Shown here in pieces: positions 11,043-20,375 of a stretch of DNA of 64,000 nucleotides (positions within the stretch are counted from its first letter, which is position 1; each line of letters begins with the position of its first letter). The notes under the pieces are model-generated. The model had not been told where the DNA came from. It saw only the letters and a program-made list of their open reading frames with translations, and did not search any database. The DNA is from Spirochaetia bacterium (GTDB lineage Bacteria > Spirochaetota > Spirochaetia > UBA9216). Location: NCBI GenBank assembly GCA_965140585.1, contig OZ223272.1, positions 160,001 through 224,000 on the forward strand, read 5' to 3'. A program made the position numbers and the translations under genes.

Positions 11043-11063
11043 TTTTTGCCTCCTAAAGCTTCT

Positions 11064-11771
11064 TTATTCCTTCGCTGTATGAACGATAAGATCATCACCC
11101 GAAGAATCAACAACATAAACTATAGTCCCGGCCGGATAAACTGTTCCGGGATCCTTTCCGCGTGCGTAAAGGTCATGATAGCTGCCGCCGCTTTTTACAC
11201 GTATTCGGCCGAGCTTTCCCCTTGGTATGGTTACCAGCACTTCAGCCTGAGCCAGCATCAGCTCACCGGCCTTTACCTGTGAATCAAGGACATTCCGCTG
11301 AAGCCGCATCACAAACTTTACAATAATCAGTATTACGATTCCCGCGCCTGCACTCCAGAGGATTGTGCTTATAAAAGAGTGCCCCGTCAGGCTTCCGAAA
11401 ACTCCGACAGCCCCGAAACCGAGTGCGAAATATACAACGGATCTCAGAAAATTCAGAGCACTGTAAACCCACCTTCCGCTGCGGAGATCAGGCAGAAGAA
11501 CTCCGTCATCACTTGCGTCCAGGTCGCTGGAGTCATCATCGCCGGCATTGTATCCAATGCCTTCATCAGCACTTATATCGCCAATATCATCGCCGCTGTC
11601 GGCTGAAATATCTCCAGAATCATCCCCCGTAAAATCACTATCAGCACCGTCATCAGAGATGATATCGGAGATATCATCTCCGCTTCCATGATCCGAACCG
11701 ATAAGACCGAGCATATCAATTAAAATAACACCGAAACCGAAGATTAGCGCAAACAGATAAATACCGAACAT
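11064..11771 (-). CDS. NfeD/YqiJ-like membrane protein with long acidic linker and C-terminal OB-fold
   Basis: TM segments flanking an Asp/Gly-rich loop; AEVLVTIPRGKLGRIRV..YARG OB-fold; lies directly upstream of flotillins. Confidence 0.8.
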   Translation of the reverse strand: MFGIYLFALIFGFGVILIDMLGLIGSDHGSGDDISDIISDDGADSDFTGDDSGDISADSGDDIGDISADEGIGYNAGDDDSSDLDASDDGVLLPDLRSGRWVYSALNFLRSVVYFALGFGAVGVFGSLTGHSFISTILWSAGAGIVILIIVKFVMRLQRNVLDSQVKAGELMLAQAEVLVTIPRGKLGRIRVKSGGSYHDLYARGKDPGTVYPAGTIVYVVDSSGDDLIVHTAKE

Positions 11772-11887
11772 TTTTCAAACTCCTGCCAATTTTAATATTA
11801 ATACATGATATGAAATGAATTATTCACCGTCAATTGTATTTATTTATAGAGTATACAAGGACAGGAGAATTTTATTACAATTGATAT

Positions 11888-12949
11888 ATGGCCGGATTAG
11901 AAAAAAACATCAGCAGATATGAGCTTTTCAGACGACGTTCACAGCTCATCACAGCCATTAGAAATTTTTTAACAGAATCAGGCTATCTGGAGGCTGAAGT
12001 ACCTATCCTCGCCCCGTCCGTCATCCCGGAAGGTCCTATTGAACTTTTTAAAACGGAATACCGGAACCCATACGGAGTATCGAAGGATATGTACCTGCTT
12101 CCATCGCCTGAATACTATCTGAAACAGCTGATAGCCGACGGATGCGGTGACATTTTTAATATTTCAAAGTGTTTCAGAAACAGCGAACAGATAGGCCGCA
12201 TACACAATCCCGAGTTCTCTATGCTTGAGTACTACACTATGGAAGCTGATGCCGAAGATTCGATAAGAATTACCGAAAAGCTTTTTTCGAGGCTGCTTGA
12301 TTTTGTACAGGAGCAGTGGCCGGAGACTGTAAAAAAATCAGAATGGCTCCGTCCGCCCTTCACTAGAATTTCAATGACTGAAGCTTTTGAAAAACATGCG
12401 GCTCTTGATATAAGTGATTTCTGTACCGGAAAAATGAGTAAAGAAGAAGAGATTGCCGCCATGATTAGGGCTGCAGAAGGACTCGGCCTGAGCTGCAGCG
12501 GAGCTGGAAGTTCTGCTGAAAACTCTGATTACAGCTGGGAAGAGCTATTCAACCTGATATTTGTTCATTCTGTAGAGCCAAATCTTGATTCAGAAAGACC
12601 GCTTGTTCTTTATGACTACCCTTCAGGGATCCCGACACTTGCAAAACCATCTAAAATCCCCGGCCGCCTTCAGAGATGGGAACTCTATGCAGGAGGGGTC
12701 GAGCTTGCCAACTGCTACTCGGAAGAGACTGACTATGAGCGTGCTGTTGATTTTTTCAGAAAGGAAAACGAGGAGAAGCAGGCGGCTCTTGTATCGCTTA
12801 AAGCAGATGAATCATGGTGTGAAATCTTTAAAAAAGGGTTTCCCGACTGTTCAGGAGTGGCTCTTGGAATAGACCGCCTTATGATGCTTATACTTGATTC
12901 TTCATCGCTTGAGGGGGTGATTTTGTTCCCCTTTTCTGCTATAATTTAG
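11888..12949 (+). CDS. epmA: EF-P lysine (R)-beta-lysine ligase (EpmA/GenX/PoxA)
   Basis: LysRS catalytic-domain-only protein: LLPSPEYYLK, CFRNSE..HNPEFSMLEYY, ELANCYSE, CSGVALGIDRL; adjacent to efp. Confidence 0.93.
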   Translation: MAGLEKNISRYELFRRRSQLITAIRNFLTESGYLEAEVPILAPSVIPEGPIELFKTEYRNPYGVSKDMYLLPSPEYYLKQLIADGCGDIFNISKCFRNSEQIGRIHNPEFSMLEYYTMEADAEDSIRITEKLFSRLLDFVQEQWPETVKKSEWLRPPFTRISMTEAFEKHAALDISDFCTGKMSKEEEIAAMIRAAEGLGLSCSGAGSSAENSDYSWEELFNLIFVHSVEPNLDSERPLVLYDYPSGIPTLAKPSKIPGRLQRWELYAGGVELANCYSEETDYERAVDFFRKENEEKQAALVSLKADESWCEIFKKGFPDCSGVALGIDRLMMLILDSSSLEGVILFPFSAII

Positions 12950-13018
12950 TTTACGGACATCGTTACAGCCTTATCTAACAGGCCTGCGCGGTGTCCTCTT
13001 AATTCTCTGAAAGGACAT

Positions 13019-13585
13019 ATGATGATAAAAGCAGGACAAATTGATAAAGGAACCTTTCTCCTTCTGAAAGGATACCCCTACCTCGTTGCAGAGAGGGAAT
13101 TTGTAAACCCCGGTAAGGGCTCAGCCTTCGTCAGGCTGAAACTGAAGAACCTGATTGACGGTTCTGTTCTCAAAGAAACAATGAAAAGCCAGGACAACGT
13201 TGAAGATATTACAGTCGAAGACAAAGACTGTCAGTACCTCTACTCGGACGGTGAAAACTACCACTTCATGGACAATGAGACCTTCGAGCAGTTCGAAATA
13301 CCCGTCGTTACAATGCAGGAACAGGGCCTCTACATGAAAGACGGCGAAACTTACAAGGTAATCATCTACGATGGAAAACCGATTGATATCAAGATTCCAT
13401 ACAAAGTCGTATATGAAGTAACCGAGGCTGCTGAAGCACTCAAGGGCGATACTGTAACAGGTGCAACCAAGGTTGTAACAGTTGAAACAGGCCTTAAAGT
13501 AAAAGTACCCATCTTCATCAAACAGGGCGAAAGAATCCTTGTTAACACCGAAACCGGGGAGTATGTAGAACGGGTAAACAACTAA
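13019..13585 (+). CDS. efp: Translation elongation factor P
   Basis: NPGKGSAFVRLKLK; KGDTVTG; VPIFIKQGERI..TETGEYVER. Confidence 0.98.
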   Translation: MMIKAGQIDKGTFLLLKGYPYLVAEREFVNPGKGSAFVRLKLKNLIDGSVLKETMKSQDNVEDITVEDKDCQYLYSDGENYHFMDNETFEQFEIPVVTMQEQGLYMKDGETYKVIIYDGKPIDIKIPYKVVYEVTEAAEALKGDTVTGATKVVTVETGLKVKVPIFIKQGERILVNTETGEYVERVNN

Positions 13586-13629
13586 AGTTCGACAACAAAT
13601 ACATTAACCGGATAGCTGAATCAAAGTTT

Positions 13630-14787
13630 ATGGGAGAGAAGCTGCGTTTTTATCTCTCTCATGGACTGTTCAGCAGCTTCAGTATCGATGCCGGAACAAT
13701 GCTGCTTTTAAAAACTGTAGCCCAGCATCTGAATCCTGAAAATTATACTTCCATACTTGATTCCGGCTGCGGCACCGGAGTCATTGCAATAAGTCTTAAA
13801 AAGAAATTTCCCCTTCTTCAGGTTACAGCATCCGATCGCGATGCTCTTGCCCTGCAGTTTACATCAATGAACACAAAACTCAACGGCATGCCTGCAGACA
13901 GTATCAGCATAATTCCCGGTCTTCTTCCAGGCAGCCTTGAATCTGAAGAGAAACAGGACGGCAGATACGATCTTATTCTATCCAATATTCCTGCGAAGGC
14001 CGGAAATCCGGTTATTGCCGATTTCATTCAGAACTGCGGCTATCACCTTAATAATGACGGAATTGCAGCAGTTGTAATAGTTGAGCCGCTGAGTGATTTT
14101 ACAGAGAATGAAATCAAGGCTTGCGGAGCCGAACTGCTCTACAGCGAAAAAACTCCTCAATATACGGTATTTCATTTCAAACCTGCAGATCTATACCGTA
14201 ACAGAACCAGGACGCTTTCCTTTGAAAAACTTTACGGCCGAACTGTTTCAGGCAGCGGATTCACGGGTTTCTACGGACTTCCCGAATTCGACTCGGTTTC
14301 CTATGCTTCGGAACTCCTTATTGATACATTAAAGGATTCAGCAAGGGCAGGTAAAATCCTGTTCTGGAACCCCGGTCAGGGTCATATTACATCAGCTTAT
14401 TCAGCCCTGAACGGTACGGAGAACGCCGAAATTATACTTGCCGGAAACGATCTTCTCCAGTTAAAGGCAGCTGCTTTTAATCTTGGAGAACGTAAATCAT
14501 CAAACCTTCATCTTCCTGTATACTCTGAACTTTCAATGCACCCGGGGTTTGAAGGCAGCATAAAGGAAATCGCTGCTGTTCCGCTATTTGTACCAGGAGC
14601 AGATGCGGAAGCTGAAATAATTGAAACATCCTTAAAAATACTTTCTCCGGGCGGAAAATTGATCATCGCCGGCAAAAGCTCAGATATGGCAAAAATTGAA
14701 AGGGTGAAAGGCAGTTTCAGCATTATTTTCAGCAGAAAATACCGCGGATTCAGAGTAATGGTGCTAAAATCCCGACCAAACCGATAA
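13630..14787 (+). CDS. Class I SAM-dependent methyltransferase (RsmC/MTS-like)
   Basis: LFSSFSIDAGTMLLL; ILDSGCGTGVI; DLILSNIPAK; the start codon may lie further upstream. Confidence 0.8.
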   Translation: MGEKLRFYLSHGLFSSFSIDAGTMLLLKTVAQHLNPENYTSILDSGCGTGVIAISLKKKFPLLQVTASDRDALALQFTSMNTKLNGMPADSISIIPGLLPGSLESEEKQDGRYDLILSNIPAKAGNPVIADFIQNCGYHLNNDGIAAVVIVEPLSDFTENEIKACGAELLYSEKTPQYTVFHFKPADLYRNRTRTLSFEKLYGRTVSGSGFTGFYGLPEFDSVSYASELLIDTLKDSARAGKILFWNPGQGHITSAYSALNGTENAEIILAGNDLLQLKAAAFNLGERKSSNLHLPVYSELSMHPGFEGSIKEIAAVPLFVPGADAEAEIIETSLKILSPGGKLIIAGKSSDMAKIERVKGSFSIIFSRKYRGFRVMVLKSRPNR

Positions 14788-14865
14788 ATAATACCTTTAT
14801 TATTTGGACTTATTACCTTATAATTTTTCATAATCTAAAAAGGTCAGGCTAAGGAGACTTTTCAA

Positions 14866-15288
14866 ATGAGAATAACAACTAAGGGAAGATACGGATTACG
14901 GGCAATCCTGAAACTGGCGGAGCAGGAAGACGGAAAACCTGTTTCAATCAGCTCAATTGCCGCCGAAGAAGATATTTCACCGGAGTTCCTTGAGCAGATT
15001 TTTTATAAAATGAAAAAATCAGGAATAATAAAATCTACCAGAGGCCCCGGAGGCGGATTCAGTCTTTCAAGACCGGTAGATCAGATTACAATTGAAGATT
15101 TACTTATTTCGGTCGGAGAACCTGTCATGCTGACACCCTGCTCAACAGATGACTGTAAAAAAGACTGTGACAGAACCGAAAATTGTAAGGCCTACACAAT
15201 ATGGAATGATATAAGCGATCATATCAATGAATATTTCAGAACACTTACAATAAAAGATATAATCGAAAAAAACCTTGCTAAAGTCTAA
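14866..15288 (+). CDS. Rrf2 family regulator (IscR/CymR-like) with Cys cluster
   Basis: MRITTKGRYGLRA; ISPEFLEQIF; STRGPGGGF; PCSTDDCKKDCDRTENC; AAGGAG RBS. Confidence 0.92.
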   Translation: MRITTKGRYGLRAILKLAEQEDGKPVSISSIAAEEDISPEFLEQIFYKMKKSGIIKSTRGPGGGFSLSRPVDQITIEDLLISVGEPVMLTPCSTDDCKKDCDRTENCKAYTIWNDISDHINEYFRTLTIKDIIEKNLAKV

Positions 15289-15337
15289 GCCGGATTTTTT
15301 TTGTTGATATAAATCGATATCGTATTAAAATTAAGTT

Positions 15338-16441
15338 ATGAGCTTCCTAATAGGGATTGAGATTGATAATAGTCATGTAGCCTGGATGCACTCGCCTGAC
15401 GGAAAGGGTAAATCCAGACTCAATCTCACAACACTTTCAGATTATCAGCATACCGCGATTCTGAATTTCTATGTGAAAACCGACTCCAGAAAAATCAGAC
15501 TCATTTCTGAAACTATAAATAATATTCCGCCGGCAAAGGCAGGTGATCCCCTTATAACTGTAGAATCCGAACTTGTTAAGAGACGGATGAACTACAGCAT
15601 TTATCTGAACAACAGGTTTATCCGCAAATCAACAGTAAAAATCCCAAAGGAAGCAGTAAAAAAAGACAGATCGGTCATTATTCCGGTATCTATTGCTGCA
15701 GTTATCATTCTGCTTCTATTTGCACTTTTTTTACTTCCTGTAAGCCCATTAAGTATTTTTTCTTCCGACAGTATATTTTCTGCAGGAAGAAACCGCAGTT
15801 CAGTATCTGAAACCAGAAAGCAGGCTCAAACTTCTATTCCTGACCGGAAAATTGAGGATACAACACCAGCGACAGCTAAGCCGGCAGTTACAAAACCTGA
15901 AATATCAAGAACTGCAGAGGAAAAAACTGCCGAAGCAGAGCAGCTGGGCCGGCAGCAGACTTCTCCTGAAAAAACTGAAGAAGCTCCAGTGATTACACAG
16001 GAGAAACCGACGGAAGAACCCGCAACAGCTCCGGAACCGGCCCCGCCCGTCCCTGTAACAATAGTAATTGACAAGCAGCTCACCGTAAATTTCCTGCCGG
16101 ATAATGCAGATTTGACAGCAGAGGCCAGGAATAAGATAATTGAATTTGTAAAGCAGTTACCTACCGGGGACAATACCGACCTTGATATGATTCAGATTGA
16201 TATTACAGGACATTGCGCAAGGTTTGGAACAGAAAGCGGGCGAGTTGAGCTCAGTGAAGCAAGAGCCGCCAACACAAGAGAATTCCTGCTTTCAATATGG
16301 AAGGTTCCAACCGATGCAAAGATCGAAGGATATGGAGCAGCACGGCCTGTGACCATGGAAAAGGATAAACAGTATCTGAACCGACGGGCCGAAATACACA
16401 TTACCGGGAGCGTGACTGAAGAACCAATAAAACAAGACTAA
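15338..16441 (+). CDS. Membrane-anchored OmpA/MotB-domain protein with DnaK-substrate-domain-like N-terminus and Pro/Thr/Glu-rich linker
   Basis: TM SVIIPVSIAAVIILLLFALFLL; OmpA motifs NFLPDNADL, ITGH, LSEARA, GYGAARP, NRRAEI. Confidence 0.8.
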   Translation: MSFLIGIEIDNSHVAWMHSPDGKGKSRLNLTTLSDYQHTAILNFYVKTDSRKIRLISETINNIPPAKAGDPLITVESELVKRRMNYSIYLNNRFIRKSTVKIPKEAVKKDRSVIIPVSIAAVIILLLFALFLLPVSPLSIFSSDSIFSAGRNRSSVSETRKQAQTSIPDRKIEDTTPATAKPAVTKPEISRTAEEKTAEAEQLGRQQTSPEKTEEAPVITQEKPTEEPATAPEPAPPVPVTIVIDKQLTVNFLPDNADLTAEARNKIIEFVKQLPTGDNTDLDMIQIDITGHCARFGTESGRVELSEARAANTREFLLSIWKVPTDAKIEGYGAARPVTMEKDKQYLNRRAEIHITGSVTEEPIKQD

Positions 16442-16451
16442 GGAGTTTTTT

Positions 16452-17735
16452 ATGCAGAAGAATGTGGGATTTGTTTCTTTCCGGATAGCAGGAACAGATG
16501 GAGTAAGCCTGGAAATTGCAAAATGGGCTGATGTTTTTGAGAGAAACGGCTGGACCTGTTATTACTTTGCGGAAGAACTGGACACACCTGCCGAAAGATC
16601 CTTCGTATCCAAATACGCACATTTCAAAAATCCTGTTATAGACGAAATCAACAAGAAGATATACGGACGCTCAGTAAGAGATCCGGAACTTACAGCAAAG
16701 ATACATCATTACCGAAAACGTATCAAAGAAGAACTCTATCAGTTTGTAGAAAAATTCAATATTGATCTTCTTATTCCCCAGAATGCGGTTACCATACCGC
16801 TGAATATCTCACTTGCTCTGGCTATTACCGAAATGATCGGTGAAACCGGAATAAAAACAATTGCCCATCATCATGACTTCTTCTGGGAAAGAAAAAGATT
16901 CCTTCGAAACTGTGTCTGGGATTACTTCAATATGGCTTTTCCTCCGCATCTGCCTTCAATTGAGCATGTCGTTATCAATACATCCGGCCAGAACCAGCTG
17001 GCACTACGTACCGGAATTTCATCAACCCTGATTCCTAATGTCATGGATTTCAACAAGCCTGCACCGGGAATTGATGACTATAATAAGGATATGAGGGAGG
17101 CTCTGGGGATAAGTGATGATGAGATACTTATTCTGCAGCCAACCAGGGTAGTTCAGCGAAAGGGTATTGAGCATGCTATAGAACTGGTAAGCAGGCTGGG
17201 TGAAAAAGCGGTATTCGTAATCTCACACGCATCAGGTGATGAAGGCCATGAATATGAAAACCGGGTCAGGGAATACGCGAACCTGATGAAAATCAAAGCC
17301 ATATTTGTTTCCGATCTCATTGCTGAAAAACGAGAAATAAAAGATGGTAAAAAGATCTACACCCTGCAGGATATTTATCCGCATGCCGATTTTGTAACCT
17401 ACCCCTCACTTATCGAAGGATTTGGAAATGCATTCCTTGAAACCCTTTACTTTAAGAAACCTATTCTTGTTAACAATTATTCTATCTACTTCACTGATAT
17501 AAAGCCCAAGGGATTCGATGTCATAGAAATGGATGACTTTATAACAGACGAAACAGTAAAACGGGTTAAGGAAATCCTGACAGATGAAGAAAAACGGAAA
17601 ACGATGGTCGAAACCAACTTTGATCTTGCAAGATGCTTCTATTCATATGAGGTGCTCGAGGAGAAGCTTTTGGATCTGATCACAAGGTTCTGGGGCGCAA
17701 ATCAGGCATGTTCCTGCAGCGATAATAATTCTTGA
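16452..17735 (+). CDS. GT4 glycosyltransferase, MggA/MggS-like (mannosylglucosylglycerate pathway family)
   Basis: RIAGTDGVSLEIAKW; AHHHDFFWER; QPTRVVQRKGIEHAIEL; YPSLIEGFGNAFLE. Confidence 0.8.
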   Translation: MQKNVGFVSFRIAGTDGVSLEIAKWADVFERNGWTCYYFAEELDTPAERSFVSKYAHFKNPVIDEINKKIYGRSVRDPELTAKIHHYRKRIKEELYQFVEKFNIDLLIPQNAVTIPLNISLALAITEMIGETGIKTIAHHHDFFWERKRFLRNCVWDYFNMAFPPHLPSIEHVVINTSGQNQLALRTGISSTLIPNVMDFNKPAPGIDDYNKDMREALGISDDEILILQPTRVVQRKGIEHAIELVSRLGEKAVFVISHASGDEGHEYENRVREYANLMKIKAIFVSDLIAEKREIKDGKKIYTLQDIYPHADFVTYPSLIEGFGNAFLETLYFKKPILVNNYSIYFTDIKPKGFDVIEMDDFITDETVKRVKEILTDEEKRKTMVETNFDLARCFYSYEVLEEKLLDLITRFWGANQACSCSDNNS

Positions 17736-17755
17736 CAATTTTTGTAAGTTTTTTC

Positions 17756-17784
17756 TTGACATATTAGCCATAACTAACTATATT
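17756..17784 (+). promoter_or_regulatory. sigma70-type promoter for the small ORF
   Basis: TTGACA (17756-17761)-N17-TATATT (17779-17784). Confidence 0.75.
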
Positions 17785-17818
17785 ATACATATAGAAATCA
17801 GGTATACGGAGGTTAGTT

Positions 17819-17983
17819 ATGACTGATAAAGATAGAATGAAAGAACTTCTTGAACACAGCTTGTTAATGCCTTTCGTTGGTAGTTCACCATTTCATGGTG
17901 AGCCTGAGAAATATCGAAAATTTAAAAGTTCTAAAGAAGGAATTCCTGAATACCCTGCCATGGGATTTACACTTTACGGGTAG
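17819..17983 (+). CDS. Unannotated 54-aa small protein MTDKDRMKELLEHSLLMPFVGSSPFHGEPEKYRKFKSSKEGIPEYPAMGFTLYG
   Basis: Translated by hand (below the ORF-track cut-off); GGAGG RBS, own promoter and own terminator. Confidence 0.75.
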   Translation: MTDKDRMKELLEHSLLMPFVGSSPFHGEPEKYRKFKSSKEGIPEYPAMGFTLYG

Positions 17984-18021
17984 GAATTCTAATTGAGTCC
18001 ATCCGACCCTCTCTCCTCCTG

Positions 18022-18056
18022 AGACAGGCTGTTGTCAGCAGCCTGTCTTTTCTTTT
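18022..18056 (+). terminator. Intrinsic terminator after the small ORF
   Basis: AGACAGGCTG-loop-CAGCCTGTCT followed by TTTCTTTT. Confidence 0.85.
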
Positions 18057-18066
18057 ATACAGACAT

Positions 18067-20355
18067 TTATTTGAAGAGAGCCTCGGCTTCTTTAACGGTT
18101 TTTGCATAGAGGGCCTGTGACATGAAGGCGTTACAGTCATCGAGAGTCCAGCCTGAAATCATATTTTTCAGTTCAGGAATGCGCAGCGGGTCGACGCTTA
18201 CTTTTCTGATCCCCAAGCCTATTAGATATTTTAATATTCCCGGTTCACCGGCAGCCTCGCCGCATACTGAAAGTTCTGTACCGGCAGCAAGAGCACCCTC
18301 GGTTATTCTTTTCAGTGAGCGTAGAATTGCAGGGTGGCAGGGCTTGAACATTCCTCTGACCATTTCATTTGTACGGTCTACTGCCAGAGTATACATAATA
18401 AGGTCATTGGTACCTATGCTCAAAAAATCCGCAGCTTCGGCAAGATCGTCAATAGCCTCAACGGCAGCCGGGAGCTCAACCATCGCGCCCAGTTCCGGAC
18501 TTAGGTTTGCGGGAGCTCCATCATTTTTAAGAAGATCGATGCACTTTTCGACAAGCCCCTTGGCCTCCAGAAATTCGTCAACACTTGAAACCATGGGAAA
18601 CATAATCTTAAGTTTGAACCCCTCTCCGGCCCTGAGCATTGCGCGAATCTGGTCCTGAAACAGTTCAGGATGGCCGAGTGAAAAACGTATTCCGCGAAAG
18701 CCAAGAAAGGGGTTGGCTTCGGAAGTGTTGGATGCATATCCGGGAATCTTATCGCCTCCGATATCAAGTGTCCGAAGAATGCACTCACGGCCTTCGGCAC
18801 GCTGGAGTATTTTACGGTAAATACGGCACTGTTCTTCTTCTGAAGGAAATTCATTTCTAATTATAAAGGGAAATTCACTTCTGTAGAGACCGACTCCTTC
18901 AGCCTTAACATTGACTGCGGTTTTTATATCATGAGTTATATTTATATTTGCAAAAACCTTAATTCGCTCACCATCAGCAGTAAAGGTCTGCTCAGGTATT
19001 GCAGAGAAATCTTCAAAAGCCTTTTTACCAAGCCTTGTCGCATAACTTTCCACAATGTCTCTGGACGGATTAACGTGTAGAAGCCCCATTCGGGTATCCA
19101 TAAAAAGCTCGGAACCTCCCGGAATGGATAGTACACGTCGGTCTCCGGTAATAAGCATGGGAAAACCCAAAGATCTTGCAAGAATGGAAATATGAGCTGT
19201 AATACCCATTCCGTAGAGAACAAGGCCCTGTGAACGCTGAAGCCAGATCTTCACCAGTTCGGAAGGGAAAATATCTTCGGCTATTACTATATTGTGAGAA
19301 TAATCCGCGTGATCCAGTGATTCTCCGTAAAGGTTAGCCAGAAGCCGGTGTTCAAGATCACGGAGATCCTGAACCTTTTCCTGAATACCGGGCAGGTCGG
19401 ACTTCTCAAATATATCGGAATACTGTGAAACAATCCTGCGCACGGATTCATCAGCCTTGAAACCAGCTTCAATAAGCTGTCTCATCTGGCCTGTAAAATT
19501 ATCGTCACGGAGCATCAGAAAGTGTGCAGTAAAGATCATTCCCGCCACATCTGCAAGAGATTCATCTATCGAAGACTGCAGCTCTTCAAGCTGGTTCATT
19601 GACAGCTCAAGGGCTCTGTCAAAGGCTGTAAGATTTACATCTGTACAGCAGGTGTCATCTTCACTGTCCCTGCAGCTCTGCAGTTTATCACCGGGAACAA
19701 GTGATTGATAACTCACATTACTCTGGGCCCTTCTGACATTCAGCAGAAAGGCTTCTCCCCGGACGGTTCCCGTTGAAGCTCCGGTTCCCCTTATACTCAG
19801 ATTGTAAAATTCACTTGAAAGATCTTTTTTTGCCGCAGAAAGACTCATCAGCCATTCTGAGTTTTCAATTGAAGCAGCAAGCTGTGAGGCGATAGCTTTC
19901 AGAGCGGCAGTATCACGCCGGCTGAAGTAGTTAGGTTCACGGTGCTGAATTGTAATCACACCGATCCTGTTAAGACCTTTTCGTATGGGTACAGCAAGAA
20001 AGGCTTCAAACTGTTCCTCATATATATCCTGAAAGAATTTAAAGTTCGGATTTTTTGACGCGCTGGCTTCCCTGATTGGTCTCAGTTCCTGAAGGGCAGT
20101 TCCGGTTATCCCCTCACCCATCTTGAGCCTTACAGCCCCGATCGATGAGGGAGACAGGCCTACTGTTGCACGCAGTACGAGTTCTTCAGACTTATTATCA
20201 TACAAATAAATGGAGCATACGTCAGCGCTCATATGCTCCGCAACCATCTCTACAATATCCTGCAGGAGGTTTGAAAGACTGCTTTTTTTATCAAAAACCG
20301 AGGCAAGCTCAGCTGTACTTACAATAAGATCAATATTATCTCTTCTTCCATTCAT
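18067..20355 (-). CDS. ptsP: GAF-domain phosphoenolpyruvate-protein phosphotransferase (EI-Ntr/PtsP-like)
   Basis: N-terminal GAF (DVCSIYL..LRATVGL..GEGITG); phospho-His TAHISILAR; GLYRSEF; RTLDIGGDK; SIGTNDL; SVCGE. Confidence 0.92.
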   Translation of the reverse strand: MNGRRDNIDLIVSTAELASVFDKKSSLSNLLQDIVEMVAEHMSADVCSIYLYDNKSEELVLRATVGLSPSSIGAVRLKMGEGITGTALQELRPIREASASKNPNFKFFQDIYEEQFEAFLAVPIRKGLNRIGVITIQHREPNYFSRRDTAALKAIASQLAASIENSEWLMSLSAAKKDLSSEFYNLSIRGTGASTGTVRGEAFLLNVRRAQSNVSYQSLVPGDKLQSCRDSEDDTCCTDVNLTAFDRALELSMNQLEELQSSIDESLADVAGMIFTAHFLMLRDDNFTGQMRQLIEAGFKADESVRRIVSQYSDIFEKSDLPGIQEKVQDLRDLEHRLLANLYGESLDHADYSHNIVIAEDIFPSELVKIWLQRSQGLVLYGMGITAHISILARSLGFPMLITGDRRVLSIPGGSELFMDTRMGLLHVNPSRDIVESYATRLGKKAFEDFSAIPEQTFTADGERIKVFANINITHDIKTAVNVKAEGVGLYRSEFPFIIRNEFPSEEEQCRIYRKILQRAEGRECILRTLDIGGDKIPGYASNTSEANPFLGFRGIRFSLGHPELFQDQIRAMLRAGEGFKLKIMFPMVSSVDEFLEAKGLVEKCIDLLKNDGAPANLSPELGAMVELPAAVEAIDDLAEAADFLSIGTNDLIMYTLAVDRTNEMVRGMFKPCHPAILRSLKRITEGALAAGTELSVCGEAAGEPGILKYLIGLGIRKVSVDPLRIPELKNMISGWTLDDCNAFMSQALYAKTVKEAEALFK

Positions 20356-20375
20356 ACGGAAGATATAATATCAGA

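Noticed and set aside
11500-11690. Short repeats that might be a CRISPR array or VNTR
   Set aside because: Degenerate in-frame coding repeats of the acidic loop; no constant repeat-spacer period and no cas genes
14768-14813. Possible Rrf2 operator upstream of the Rrf2 gene
   Set aside because: AT-rich with only weak symmetry; cannot be distinguished from background by eye
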